A stretch of DNA of 64,000 bases from an uncultured Gammaproteobacteria bacterium (GTDB lineage: Bacteria > Patescibacteriota > Patescibacteriia > SG8-24): assembly GCA_964407925.1 (NCBI GenBank), contig CAYOXM010000004.1:12389-76388 (forward strand), in the 5' to 3' direction. Position 1 is the stretch's first letter, and each line of letters starts with the position of its first letter. The notes beneath the pieces are model-generated. The model had not been told where the DNA came from. It made no database searches and worked only from the letters and a program-made list of their open reading frames with translations. Shown piece after piece: positions 11,665-21,600 of this stretch. The position numbers and the translations under genes were made by a program.

Positions 11665-12147
11665 TTATTGGATGCCGTTCGGGGTCGCCGTGTGCACGCC
11701 GGCAACGAGGTCGCCGACAGCGCCTCCGAGGCAGAACGCGACCGTATACGTGGTACACGGGGCGGTCGTGCAGGAGTTGAACATGTACGGGTTCGTCGTC
11801 GTGGTGCACGTGCCGTCAAACGGCGTCGGCTTCGCGGGGACCAGACCCATGTAGGTCGTGTCGCCCGAGGCGCACGTGGCCTTCCAGCCGCCGTTCGAGC
11901 AGAGGGCCTTGTAGCTGCCCTGACCGAGTTCCTGCGCTGACGCCACGGCAGGATAGCCGTTCGCATCCGCGAAGTAGAGTTCGAGCGCCGTCTGGATCTG
12001 CTTGACGTCGGCGACGCGCTTCGAGTCGCGCGACTTCTGGCGCGCGCTGTTCAAGGCGACGACGGCGAGCGTCGAAAGCAGGCCGATGATGGCGATGACC
12101 ACCAAGAGCTCGATGAGCGTGAAGCCCTTTTGATTAGATTTCGTCAT
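11665..12147 (-). CDS. Major type IV pilin candidate
   Basis: KG^FTLIELLVVIAIIGLL, a strong SD (GGGAGGTG), its own promoter and a downstream terminator. Confidence 0.93.
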   Translation of the reverse strand: MTKSNQKGFTLIELLVVIAIIGLLSTLAVVALNSARQKSRDSKRVADVKQIQTALELYFADANGYPAVASAQELGQGSYKALCSNGGWKATCASGDTTYMGLVPAKPTPFDGTCTTTTNPYMFNSCTTAPCTTYTVAFCLGGAVGDLVAGVHTATPNGIQ

Positions 12148-12218
12148 AGTTTCACCTCCCTTACGTTACTTAGGATCTCCCTGATATCAGGAGCCTAAGA
12201 GCGCGGACAAGGTCGCCC

Positions 12219-12227
12219 TTATCCACA
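12219..12227 (+). promoter_or_regulatory. Perfect DnaA box in the pilin promoter/leader region
   Basis: TTATCCACA. Confidence 0.5.
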
Positions 12228-12244
12228 TTATTTAGGCTTACCAA

Positions 12245-12253
12245 CTATACCAC
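12245..12253 (-). promoter_or_regulatory. Extended -10 promoter of the major pilin
   Basis: TGGTATAGT (TGnTATAAT-like) on the minus strand. Confidence 0.55.
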
Positions 12254-12294
12254 AGAACGCGCCCTCAAACAAAGCGAAAGGGTCAAGCCTCGCC

Positions 12295-13503
12295 CTAGAA
12301 ATTCGAGGCGAGGTTGTACATCGGCAGGATGATCGCCGCGACCATGATGCCCACCGCGAGACCCATGACGAGCATGATAAGCGGTTCGATGGCCGAGACG
12401 AGATTCGAAACGCTGTTCTGCAATTCGCGCGAGTAAAAGCTGGTCAGGCGCTCGAGCACCTCGCCGAGCCGGCCCGTTTCCTCGCCGACGGACATCATCT
12501 GCGGAATCATGCCCGGCACCGATTTCTCCCTGAAAAAGACGGTCGTGATCGAATTGCCGTCAGAAACCTCCTTTTTCGTCTCGAGCAGCTGCCGCTTGTA
12601 GTAATCGTTACCCACGATGTCCGCGCAAATCTCTATGCTCGACGGAATGTCGACGCCGCCGGAAAGCAGAGTGGACATGCTCCGCGTCATGCGAACGATG
12701 TAGATTTTTTCGAGCAGGTCGCCGAAGACCGGGATTTTGAGCTTGGCGCGATCCCACAGGGAACGGCCGGTCGGCGTATTCGTCCACCACCGGAATGCCG
12801 CGCCGCCGAGGAACGCGCCGATGACGATCTGGATGGCGAATTTCTGGAAAAACTTGCTCGTCCCGATGAGCAGCCGCGTCGTCCATGGCAGCGCCGCGCC
12901 GGACTCCGAAAGCACCGCGGTGAGTTTCGGAACGACGAACGTCATCATGACGAAGCCGACGATGACGAGGCCGATGATGATGAAGATCGGGTAAATCATA
13001 GCGCCCTTGATCTGCGTCATCAGGTCGTAGTCGCGCTCCATCTGGTCGGCGAGGTAGTTCATCACGTCCTCGAGACGACCCGTCGTTTCGCCCGAGCGGA
13101 TCATGTTCACGAAGAACGCGGAAAACGCCTTCGGGTGCTTCGCCATCGCCATGGAAAGCGACGTGCCCGACTCAACCTCGTTCGCGACGTCGGCGACGAT
13201 GCCGTTCAGCTTCCTGTTCTGGGTCTGCTTCGCGACCGTCTTGAGCGCTTGGACGATCGGCACCTTCGCGCCCATGAGCACGGAAAACTGACGCGAAAAA
13301 ATGACGATGTCCTTGATCGGGATGCTGTTGAAGAACGGAAGCTCCTTTTCAAAAAGGACCTTTTCCTGATGCTCCTCGATGGAGAGCACGAAAAGGCCCT
13401 TGTCCTTCAGGGTGTCGGTCGCGATGTCCAGGGTATCCGCCTCGACCGCGCCTTGGAGCGCGTTGCCTGCGGCGTCCCGGGCGCGGTAATCGTAGCGCGG
13501 CAT
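12295..13503 (-). CDS. pilC: Type IV pilus platform protein PilC/GspF
   Basis: Two T2SSF domains, GETTGRLE, GAMIYP, GEETGRL and IEPLIM. Confidence 0.96.
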   Translation of the reverse strand: MPRYDYRARDAAGNALQGAVEADTLDIATDTLKDKGLFVLSIEEHQEKVLFEKELPFFNSIPIKDIVIFSRQFSVLMGAKVPIVQALKTVAKQTQNRKLNGIVADVANEVESGTSLSMAMAKHPKAFSAFFVNMIRSGETTGRLEDVMNYLADQMERDYDLMTQIKGAMIYPIFIIIGLVIVGFVMMTFVVPKLTAVLSESGAALPWTTRLLIGTSKFFQKFAIQIVIGAFLGGAAFRWWTNTPTGRSLWDRAKLKIPVFGDLLEKIYIVRMTRSMSTLLSGGVDIPSSIEICADIVGNDYYKRQLLETKKEVSDGNSITTVFFREKSVPGMIPQMMSVGEETGRLGEVLERLTSFYSRELQNSVSNLVSAIEPLIMLVMGLAVGIMVAAIILPMYNLASNF

Positions 13504-13537
13504 GATTCCTCCCCTCCTGCGGACCGGCGGCCCTTCG

Positions 13538-13924
13538 TTAAGCGATCTTGAGCACCTTCTTGATCTTGTCGACCGCCTCGGCGGGCACGAAATGCGCCTT
13601 GATGAGGTAGTCCACGGCGCCGTCCTGCAGGCCCTTCTCGATGTCTTCCTTCTGGCCGAGGTTGGTGAGCATGATGACCGGGATGTTCTTGGTCGTCTCC
13701 TGCTGCTTCAGTTGCCGAAGCGCCTCGAACCCGTCGAGCTTGGGCATGAGCACGTCGAGCAGGATGAGGTCCGGCAGCTCTTTAAGCGCGGCCTTGACGC
13801 CCTCCTCCCCGTCACGCGCGGTCACGACGGCGAATCCTTCGATTTCGAGCTTGGTCGCGTAAATGCCGGACAGGAACGAGTCGTCATCCACGATGAGCAC
13901 TTTCGCTTTTACGGCGTCTGCCAT
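13538..13924 (-). CDS. Single-domain response regulator (CheY-like)
   Basis: LIVDDD, DLILLDVLMPKLDG, MLTN and DYLIK. Confidence 0.95.
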   Translation of the reverse strand: MADAVKAKVLIVDDDSFLSGIYATKLEIEGFAVVTARDGEEGVKAALKELPDLILLDVLMPKLDGFEALRQLKQQETTKNIPVIMLTNLGQKEDIEKGLQDGAVDYLIKAHFVPAEAVDKIKKVLKIA

Positions 13925-13946
13925 ACGTCATGCGTTCTTTAATCGC

Positions 13947-15698
13947 TCATTCAGCGGTTATTCTGAGCACTTCCTCTATTGTAGTCGAACCCTCCAATGC
14001 CTTCAAGAGGCCGTCCTGCCGCAAGGTGATCGCCCCCTGCCGAACGAGCTGCTCCTTCACCTTGTCCATGGGGAACCCTTGGCTGATGAGCAGTCGCAGG
14101 TCGTCTCCGTACACGATCATCTCGGCGACGGCGACGCGGCCGACGTAGCCGGAGTCGCCGCAACGGACGCAGCCGCGGCCCTTGTGGACGGTCAGCTGCG
14201 GTGCGGCGATGTTCGCGGCGAGCGCGGCCTTGTAGGCCTCGGGAATCGCCGCAAGTTCCTCGCGGACCCGCTTTTCCATCTCCGGCGGCAACGTCGCCGT
14301 CCCCTTGCACCGTTCGCAGATTTTACGCGCGAGACGCTGGGCGATGGCGACGTTCAGCGTCGCGGAAAGCAGGAACGGCTCGACGTGCATGTCGGTCAGG
14401 CGCGGCACCACGCCGAGCGCGTCGTTCGTGTGGAGCGTCGAGAAGATGAGGTGGCCCGTGAGCGCGGCGTGAATGGCGAGCTCGCCGGTCTCGCCGTCAC
14501 GGATTTCGCCGACCATGATGATGTTCGGGTCCTGACGGAGGAGCGCGCGGAGGCCCGTGGCGAAGGTGTACCCGACTTCGTGCCGTATCTGCGACTGGTT
14601 CACGCCCTTGATGTAGTACTCGACCGGGTCCTCGAGGGTCGAGATGTTCACGCCTTCCTCGTTCCGCATGCTGAGGATGGTGAGGAGCGACGTCGATTTT
14701 CCCGAGCCGGTCGGACCGGTGATGAGGAAGATGCCATGCGGCTTGCGAATCTCCTCCTTGATGACCTGGATGTACTCCTTGCGGAAACCGAGCTGCTCGA
14801 GCGTCGGCACGCCGCGCGTCGTGTCGAGGATGCGCATCACCACCTTCTCGGTGTCGGAAAGCGGCATCGTCGATACGCGGAAGTCGATCACCTTGCCGTT
14901 GAAACTTTCGGTGATGCGGCCGTCCTGCGGCACGCGCGTCTCGTCGAGCTTGAGGTTCGCGAGCACCTTGATGCGCGACACGATGGACGGGTGGATGTAC
15001 TTCGGCAGCGTGAGCGAGGTGCGCAGTACGCCGTCGACGCGGTAGCGGACCCGCGTGTCGTCGCCGAACGGCTCGATGTGGATGTCCGAAGCGTTGCCGT
15101 CGACGGCGTGCCGCAGGATGACGGAGACGATGCGCGACACCGGCGCGCCCTTGATGGTCTCCTCGAGCTTCTCGCCCGAAACCGGCTCGACCTTCTTCTC
15201 GGGAACGAATTTCTCCTTCGCGACGGCGAGCGCGCCCTCGACCTCCTTGCCGATTTCCGCGTACTTCTTGAGCGCCGCGTTGAACGAGGCGTTGGAAATG
15301 ATGTGGTACTTCGGACGGAATCCTGCGGTCTGCGCCAAAAAGTCGATGGAGCTCGCGGCCTGCGAATCGCGCGGATCGACCATGCCGACGTGCACGCCCT
15401 CGTCGTCGCGATCGAACGCCACGGCCTTGTTCGTCTCGGCGACGGTCTTCGGGATCAGGTTCAGCACCGCCGCGGCGACGGACTTTCCCGTCAGTTCCGC
15501 GTAGGGCACGCCGAGGACCGTCCCGCGCGCCTTGGCGAGAAATTCCTCATCGACGAGCTTTTTCGCAAGCAAAAGCTCGTCGACCGGGCGACCGGACGCG
15601 GCAATCTCCTCTTGGACGGCCTTCGCCTGCTCGACGGTGATGCGTCCGGCATCGAGCAGGATCTCCAGCAATTCGGTTGACGGGTTGGGCATTGCCAT
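13947..15698 (-). CDS. pilB: Type IV pilus assembly ATPase PilB/GspE
   Basis: ASDIHIEP, GPTGSGKS, LRQDPNIIMVGEIRD, TGHL and a Cys4 motif. Confidence 0.96.
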   Translation of the reverse strand: MAMPNPSTELLEILLDAGRITVEQAKAVQEEIAASGRPVDELLLAKKLVDEEFLAKARGTVLGVPYAELTGKSVAAAVLNLIPKTVAETNKAVAFDRDDEGVHVGMVDPRDSQAASSIDFLAQTAGFRPKYHIISNASFNAALKKYAEIGKEVEGALAVAKEKFVPEKKVEPVSGEKLEETIKGAPVSRIVSVILRHAVDGNASDIHIEPFGDDTRVRYRVDGVLRTSLTLPKYIHPSIVSRIKVLANLKLDETRVPQDGRITESFNGKVIDFRVSTMPLSDTEKVVMRILDTTRGVPTLEQLGFRKEYIQVIKEEIRKPHGIFLITGPTGSGKSTSLLTILSMRNEEGVNISTLEDPVEYYIKGVNQSQIRHEVGYTFATGLRALLRQDPNIIMVGEIRDGETGELAIHAALTGHLIFSTLHTNDALGVVPRLTDMHVEPFLLSATLNVAIAQRLARKICERCKGTATLPPEMEKRVREELAAIPEAYKAALAANIAAPQLTVHKGRGCVRCGDSGYVGRVAVAEMIVYGDDLRLLISQGFPMDKVKEQLVRQGAITLRQDGLLKALEGSTTIEEVLRITAE

Positions 15699-15705
15699 AA
15701 CGTCT

Positions 15706-15999
15706 TTACCGCTGCGCCTCGCTCACGAAAGGGTTCGGGGACCCGGCGCCGCCGAGCGCGCGGACGGGAACGTCGCCGAACTGCTTGAGCGACTTATATT
15801 CGATGCGGTCGTAAATCTTGTCCTCGAGCGTCGTCGGCAAGGACAGCCGCGGCGAGCTCGGCGGCAGGGCCGCGTCGTCTCCGCTCGCCCGCGGGAGCAG
15901 CTTGTCTCGATAAAAATACAGCAGGACGACGACGATGATCGCGAGGATCGCGCCGAGGGCGAGGACTTGCTGCTGTTCTTTTTTCATCTTCATAGGCAT
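15706..15999 (-). CDS. Small bitopic protein of the pil operon (PilP-like position)
   Basis: One TM helix and C-terminal GSPNPF, between pilO and pilB. Confidence 0.7.
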   Translation of the reverse strand: MPMKMKKEQQQVLALGAILAIIVVVLLYFYRDKLLPRASGDDAALPPSSPRLSLPTTLEDKIYDRIEYKSLKQFGDVPVRALGGAGSPNPFVSEAQR

Positions 16000-16003
16000 C
16001 GGA

Positions 16004-16597
16004 TCACGGAGCCGGCGGCGGCGCGGCAGCCGCGTCGAGGTAATACGCGCGGAGGACGAGGCCGTAGTTGCCGCTCCCCGGAGTGAACACCACGGCCTGC
16101 ACGTCGAACACGCGGAGCGAACGCTCAAGGTCCATGAGGAAAAGCTTGAACTGTTCGTACGTCCCGCCCACGACGTTCACCGCCGAACGCACGGCGCGCC
16201 GGCCCGTCGGCGACATGACCTTCTCGTCAGGCACGGCGTCGACGGATACGAGCACGAGGTCGTGCGCCCGCGCGAGCGCGTCGAGCTGGACATAGATGTC
16301 AGGCACCCCCGGCTGGAGCGGAACGATAGCCTGCAGCTTCTCCTTCCTTTCGGGATTCAGCTTCTTGAACGTCTGCGCCGACGCGACAATCTGCTTCAGG
16401 TAGGCTTCGTCGTCGGCAATACGCTGCTCGATGGCCTTCGTGTCCAGTGAGCCTCCGGCCAAGAGCGGCCCGATTTTCGGCATGAAAAGCAAGAAGTACG
16501 CGGCGGCGAGATACGCGATCGCAAGCACGGCCGTGATGGCGGGCAGCGCCTTCACGAGTCCTTCCTTCGCCATTGGCTTGTTCTGGGTCTGCGCCAT
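16004..16597 (-). CDS. pilO: Type IV pilus protein PilO
   Basis: TM helix, coiled coil and GTYEQFKLFLMDLERSLRVFDV. Confidence 0.85.
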   Translation of the reverse strand: MAQTQNKPMAKEGLVKALPAITAVLAIAYLAAAYFLLFMPKIGPLLAGGSLDTKAIEQRIADDEAYLKQIVASAQTFKKLNPERKEKLQAIVPLQPGVPDIYVQLDALARAHDLVLVSVDAVPDEKVMSPTGRRAVRSAVNVVGGTYEQFKLFLMDLERSLRVFDVQAVVFTPGSGNYGLVLRAYYLDAAAAPPPAP

Positions 16598-16600
16598 AGG

Positions 16601-17473
16601 TCAGGGCGTCGATGACGAGCCGCCTTCCGCAGTGCCGCCGGCAGCCGGAACGACGGCCGAATCTTCGGCATCAGGCACGACGTTATCCTGCGGTTGCACG
16701 GGCGCGGGGTTCGGCGTCGGCGACGCGGTGGCGGCGGGAACCGCCGTCACCGACCCCGCGACCTTCTTCCAGACTTCCGGTTTTAACCGGAGGACGAGCG
16801 TGAAGGAAACGCCGGTGACTTCCCCCGTCTCGTTGACGCGCGCCGACGCGGACGACGTGCGGACGTCGGCGACGTTCGGATCCTCGCGGAACTGCACGAT
16901 CTGCTCGGCGACGTCACGATACGTCAGGCCGACGGCATCGACGGTCACCGTGCCGGTGTCGGCATCGCCGCTGAAGTTGAGGTATTTCACGGACGGAATG
17001 GTCTTCTTCTCGAGGAACGCGAAGAAGCTCGACCACGAGACGCGCCGGTCAAGCGCCTCGCCGGCAGCGGCGACCTGCGCCTGATACGCGACGACGTCCT
17101 TCGCCGCCGCCTCCTCCTTGGCGATGCTCTTCGCGAGCGCCTCGACCTTCGCGACGAGCTCGTCGCGATTGCCGGTCCGGGAAGAAAGGGTCTTATTCAC
17201 GTAAAAGTACGCCCCGAGGATGACCGCCGTCTCGATGACGAGGACGAGTGCCAGCGCGAGCAGCCGCTTGCCGGGGTCGGCCTGTTTCTTGCCCTCGAGC
17301 TCGCTCGGCATGAGCGAGACGCGCAAACCGGAAAACACGCCTCCGGACGACGCGGGAGCCGTCCCGGACGCCTTGGCAGCGCCCGGTTTCGCGGCGGCGG
17401 GGACGTACGACTCCATCCCCTCCTCGCCCGGTTTCGATCCGGACCCCGGTTTTCCGCCGTCCAAAAGGCTCAT
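16601..17473 (-). CDS. PilN-like protein
   Basis: VSLMP (INLLP-like), TM helix, coiled coil and WSSFFAFLE, between pilM and pilO. Confidence 0.75.
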   Translation of the reverse strand: MSLLDGGKPGSGSKPGEEGMESYVPAAAKPGAAKASGTAPASSGGVFSGLRVSLMPSELEGKKQADPGKRLLALALVLVIETAVILGAYFYVNKTLSSRTGNRDELVAKVEALAKSIAKEEAAAKDVVAYQAQVAAAGEALDRRVSWSSFFAFLEKKTIPSVKYLNFSGDADTGTVTVDAVGLTYRDVAEQIVQFREDPNVADVRTSSASARVNETGEVTGVSFTLVLRLKPEVWKKVAGSVTAVPAATASPTPNPAPVQPQDNVVPDAEDSAVVPAAGGTAEGGSSSTP

Positions 17474-17483
17474 GGCACGTTGG

Positions 17484-18584
17484 TCATTCGATATCGCGCA
17501 TCGCGAGGCCGACCGTCACCGCGAAGCGCGGGCCGATCTCGTCGAGCACCGGCCGGAGTTCGTCGGAATACACGACGCGCGCCCAAGGGTCGCCGACGTA
17601 CGTCTTGGTGTTCAGCTGCTTCGCGAAAAAGCTCGCGAGCGCGGGAAGCGCCGACGCGCCGCCGGTGAGGATGATTTTCTCAATCGACTTGCCGGTCGAC
17701 TCACCGCCCTGGCCGCCGACGTACAGGTTCATCGAGTACTGCAGTTCGGTGAGCATCGGCGCGATGGCGGCCTCGAAAATCTTGGGAAGGCCCTCGCCGG
17801 GATACAGCGTCGAGACGCTCTTGATGTCGCACTTCATCTGTTCCGCCGCCTTCAGGTCCATCGAGAGCGTCTTCGCCATCGCGCGCGTGAGCGTCGCGCC
17901 GCCCATGTCGAGGCTGCGCGTGACGTACGGGATGCCGTTTTCGACGATGATGATGTTCGTCCGGACGGCGCCGACGTCGACGATCATCGAGGTCGCGCGG
18001 TCCTTGCCGATGAGCGAACGGATGAGCGCGAACGTCTCCGTCTCGAGGCTGACGAGCTCGAGGCCGGCCTGCTTGAAGACGGCGACGTACTTTTGCACCA
18101 TCGTCTTCGACGCTCCGGTAATCAGCACCTGCACCGTCTTCGGTTCGTCCTTCTTGTCCTTGTCCGCCGGCTTCGCGGCCTTGGCCTTCTCGCCGGGCGC
18201 GGTGATCGGCTTGAAGTCGAGCACCATCTCCTCAAGCGGCACGGGGATGAGCTTCTTGGCCTGCCACTGGATCGCCTCGCGAAGCTCCTTTTCGTTGCCC
18301 TTCGGCACGGTGATGACCGAACTGAAAACGGAAGCGATCGGCAAGCCCGCGATGGTACGCATCGTGCTCGTCTTCGCGCGCTGGACGATCTTGCGGAGCA
18401 GGTCAGCCGTTTCCTTCGGGGAATCGACGAGATTCACGGGCTGAACGTCGGGCATCCGTTCGGTGAAGCCGTACGTATGCAAACGCGCCCTCCCTTTCTC
18501 GTTCTGGAGCTCGACCAACTTCACGCCACCGGCGCCCAAGTCGACACCGAGATAGCTTTGCTTCTTAGGGCCGAAAAGTCCCAT
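17484..18584 (-). CDS. pilM: Type IV pilus assembly protein PilM
   Basis: LGVDLG...VKLVEL, IVDVGA, ILTGGAS and GLAMR (actin-like fold). Confidence 0.95.
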   Translation of the reverse strand: MGLFGPKKQSYLGVDLGAGGVKLVELQNEKGRARLHTYGFTERMPDVQPVNLVDSPKETADLLRKIVQRAKTSTMRTIAGLPIASVFSSVITVPKGNEKELREAIQWQAKKLIPVPLEEMVLDFKPITAPGEKAKAAKPADKDKKDEPKTVQVLITGASKTMVQKYVAVFKQAGLELVSLETETFALIRSLIGKDRATSMIVDVGAVRTNIIIVENGIPYVTRSLDMGGATLTRAMAKTLSMDLKAAEQMKCDIKSVSTLYPGEGLPKIFEAAIAPMLTELQYSMNLYVGGQGGESTGKSIEKIILTGGASALPALASFFAKQLNTKTYVGDPWARVVYSDELRPVLDEIGPRFAVTVGLAMRDIE

Positions 18585-18681
18585 AGTTTCGTACCGTTCT
18601 CCGCTGATGAGTTACCACCTTAGAGTATACACTTTTTTGAGCCCGACGGGAACGACGCCGCCTTAAACGGTGGAAAACCCC

Positions 18682-21600
18682 CTATTGCGGCGCCGAATCG
18701 GCGAAAATAGGCAGAGTTTTGGTCACGTCGCCGAATCCCGGGGGCGGGTTCACGACCGCCCGACCGTCATACACGAACTGCTCCGAACCCTGCGTGACGC
18801 TCTTGTAGGAACGGCTCAGGTGGAACTGCCGCGCGACGATGAGGCCGTGGAGCGTGAACGGATCGGGACTGTCCGAGAGCGGCGGAGCGACGCTCCAAAA
18901 ACCGTCATCGCCGCCGACGTAGAACGCGCCGACGAGGTTCTTGACGGACCCGTCGACGTAGACGTTGCCTTTGGCGTTCGACCCGTCGTCGACGACGATC
19001 CACCCGAGCGACGCCAACTGACGGAGATCGGTGACGGTCGAGGTGTCGTAGAGGAAATCGCCGTTGACGTAGAGATTGCCGCCGTCGACGAATACCGTGC
19101 CGTTCCCCTTCGTGCCGTCGTTGTAAATCGTATGCGCGCCCACCGTGGCGTCGCCGACGACGCGGAAGACCTTCCCGCCCAGCCGGTTCGAGTAGGAATT
19201 GAGCGTCGCGTCGAGCTGGCCGGGAGGGACGTCGATGACCGTGCCGAACTTTCCGGCGCGAAGGCCGGCGAGGTCGAGCTTGCCGAGAACGGACGAGTAC
19301 GCGTTGCCCGATTTCGGCCGATCGAACTTCACCGTCGCGTTCGGTCCGGCGGCGCCGGCTGCGGCGAGCGCGTCACAGGTCTGCGCGCTGTTGAAGTTGA
19401 TGATCACGTCCTTCGCGGTGACGCAGAACGTGGCGTTGTACTGGTTCGCCGGCGGGACGTCCGGCGCGGTGATGCGCTTCTTTGAGAAGACGTTGCCCTG
19501 CAGCGTCTGGAGCCACGGGTAGAGCAGGTTTTCGCAGCGGTTTGCCCCGGTGCAGGCGGGAGACCCCATCACGTCCGTGCAATCGACGTCACGCTTGCAC
19601 TTCTTGATACCGTCCTGACACAACCCGTAGCCCGGGAAGCCCGGCGCGGTGCCGCCGTCCGTGCACTGCGTGTCATCGAAGCAGACCTGGCCGCCGATGG
19701 TGCAGAGCCCCCACGCCGGCTCGCAAACCTGCGGATCAACGTGGTCGGGCGGCAAGAGCGAATAATCCATGCCGATCGACGGGCCGGGACAGGGGTAATC
19801 GCACACTTCGTCGGAATCGCACTCGCAGACGATTTCGGTATCGATCCTGCACCGGCCGTACTGCTTGTTCGGTTCGCAGACGTCGCCCACGCCGTTCGCG
19901 TTCGCGTCCGTCTGGGAGGCGTTCGGCAGGCCAACGCAGTTATCGCACGCCTTCGGCGACGTGGAGTACACGGTCGTATAGAGCCCTTCGGAGGCGCCAT
20001 CAAGGTCAAAATCGGCGTAGGCGCAACCGTTTCCGGGATCCGGGTCGCCGGGACCGGGGACGTCGTTACAGACGAAAATCGCCTTGCGGTTCGACTCCAC
20101 GGTGTCGCCGTCGCTGTCGCGGACGCCGACTGTCACGTAATACATCCCGTCTGGAATGGCAGTCGGAAGCGACACCTCCGCCTGGCACTGCATGGTATTG
20201 CCCGTACCGCCGCCAATCAGCCCGACGAACGTCGCGGTCGGCGGTGGGACGGGTCCGGGCGGACCGCCGACGACGACGCCTGCCGGCGTACGAACGTACA
20301 CCTCGCACGGCTGGTTGAATGAGTCACCGGGTGCGGTAATGAAGTTTGCCGAAACGGTCGTCTTTAGATTACCCGTGCGGAAAAACGGCTTGCCGGGGGT
20401 GACCGTCAGGGCCGAGGTCAGCGCCGGCGTGAGGTTCACGGAAAACGCGGGCGCGGAAAAATACGCGCCGAGGTTGCCAGCGCCGTCCTCCGCGCGCGCC
20501 TGAATCGTCAGCGCCATATCGCTCGGAAACAGGAGGGGTGCCGTGAGGCAATCGGGTCCTGTCGGAAAAACGGTGCCGTTGATCTTCACGTCACAGCGGC
20601 AAATGCCCGACGAAAGGGGCGGCGCTCCCCCGGGATCGGTCGGGACCCCCCGAAACATCCGCATTTGCTGCGAGAGTGACGGGGCGACGCCATAGGGGAC
20701 GCGTATCGTGCCGCCCATGGCGGCTTCCGGTTCGACTTCGATGACCGTCGGGACCGTACTCTCGTACAAGGTAGTCGAAAAATTCACGTCGCCATATTCC
20801 GCGACGTCACCGGGCTGCTTGAGCATCGAAATGCTGATCGGGTAGTTCTTCGTCGCCGCGGGAGTCGCGGGCGTGGCGCAGGTCAGCGTGACGTCGAACG
20901 GTCCGAAATTCCCGCCCGGCGTGTTGTAGATCTGCACGGCGTGGCCGGCGACGGCGAGGAAGGTCAGCCGCGCGTGCGGCAGCCCCGTGACCGAATCCAG
21001 GAGCGTGCAGGTCGGGTTCGCCGCGGCGTACGGGTAATACTTCGCCGCGTCGGTGTTGTCGCCGACGATGATCGTAACCGAAGAATACGTCCCTGACCCG
21101 GTGAACCGGAGCACGTCGGTCGAAGACACGTGCGCAGCGACGCGGACGGTCGCGAGGACGGTGGGATTGTTGCTCGTGAACGCGGTCGGCGCGGTCGAGC
21201 GCGGCACGACCTGGCACGTCGCGTTCGTCCAATTCTTCGGCGCGCAGGTACCGACGCCCCAGCAGCTCGAGTCCGCGCAGTCGATCGCCGCATCCCCGTC
21301 GTTGTCCTTGCCGTCACCGCAGGACGATTCTCCCGCCGGCTGACAGGCCTGCAGCTCGGGACCGAGACTGCCCGCGCACTGGGAGTCCGCGCAATCGACC
21401 TTGGCGTCCGAGTCGTTGTCGAAGCCGTCGCCGCACTCGTCGTTCGTGTCCTCCGCCGTCGCGCACATCGCCGCATGCCCGAGACTGCCGAGGTTAGGCC
21501 TGTTCGCCGCCCCCGCGTCGGCGGCGCAGTCCGTCACGTCCGCGCAGTCCTTGATGACGTCAGTGTCGTTGTCGCTGCCGTCGGCGCAAGAATCGTACGT

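Noticed and set aside
11046-12147. Diversity-generating retroelement TR/VR pair
   Set aside because: Differences between the pilin copies are not adenine-specific, and no reverse transcriptase is in the window.
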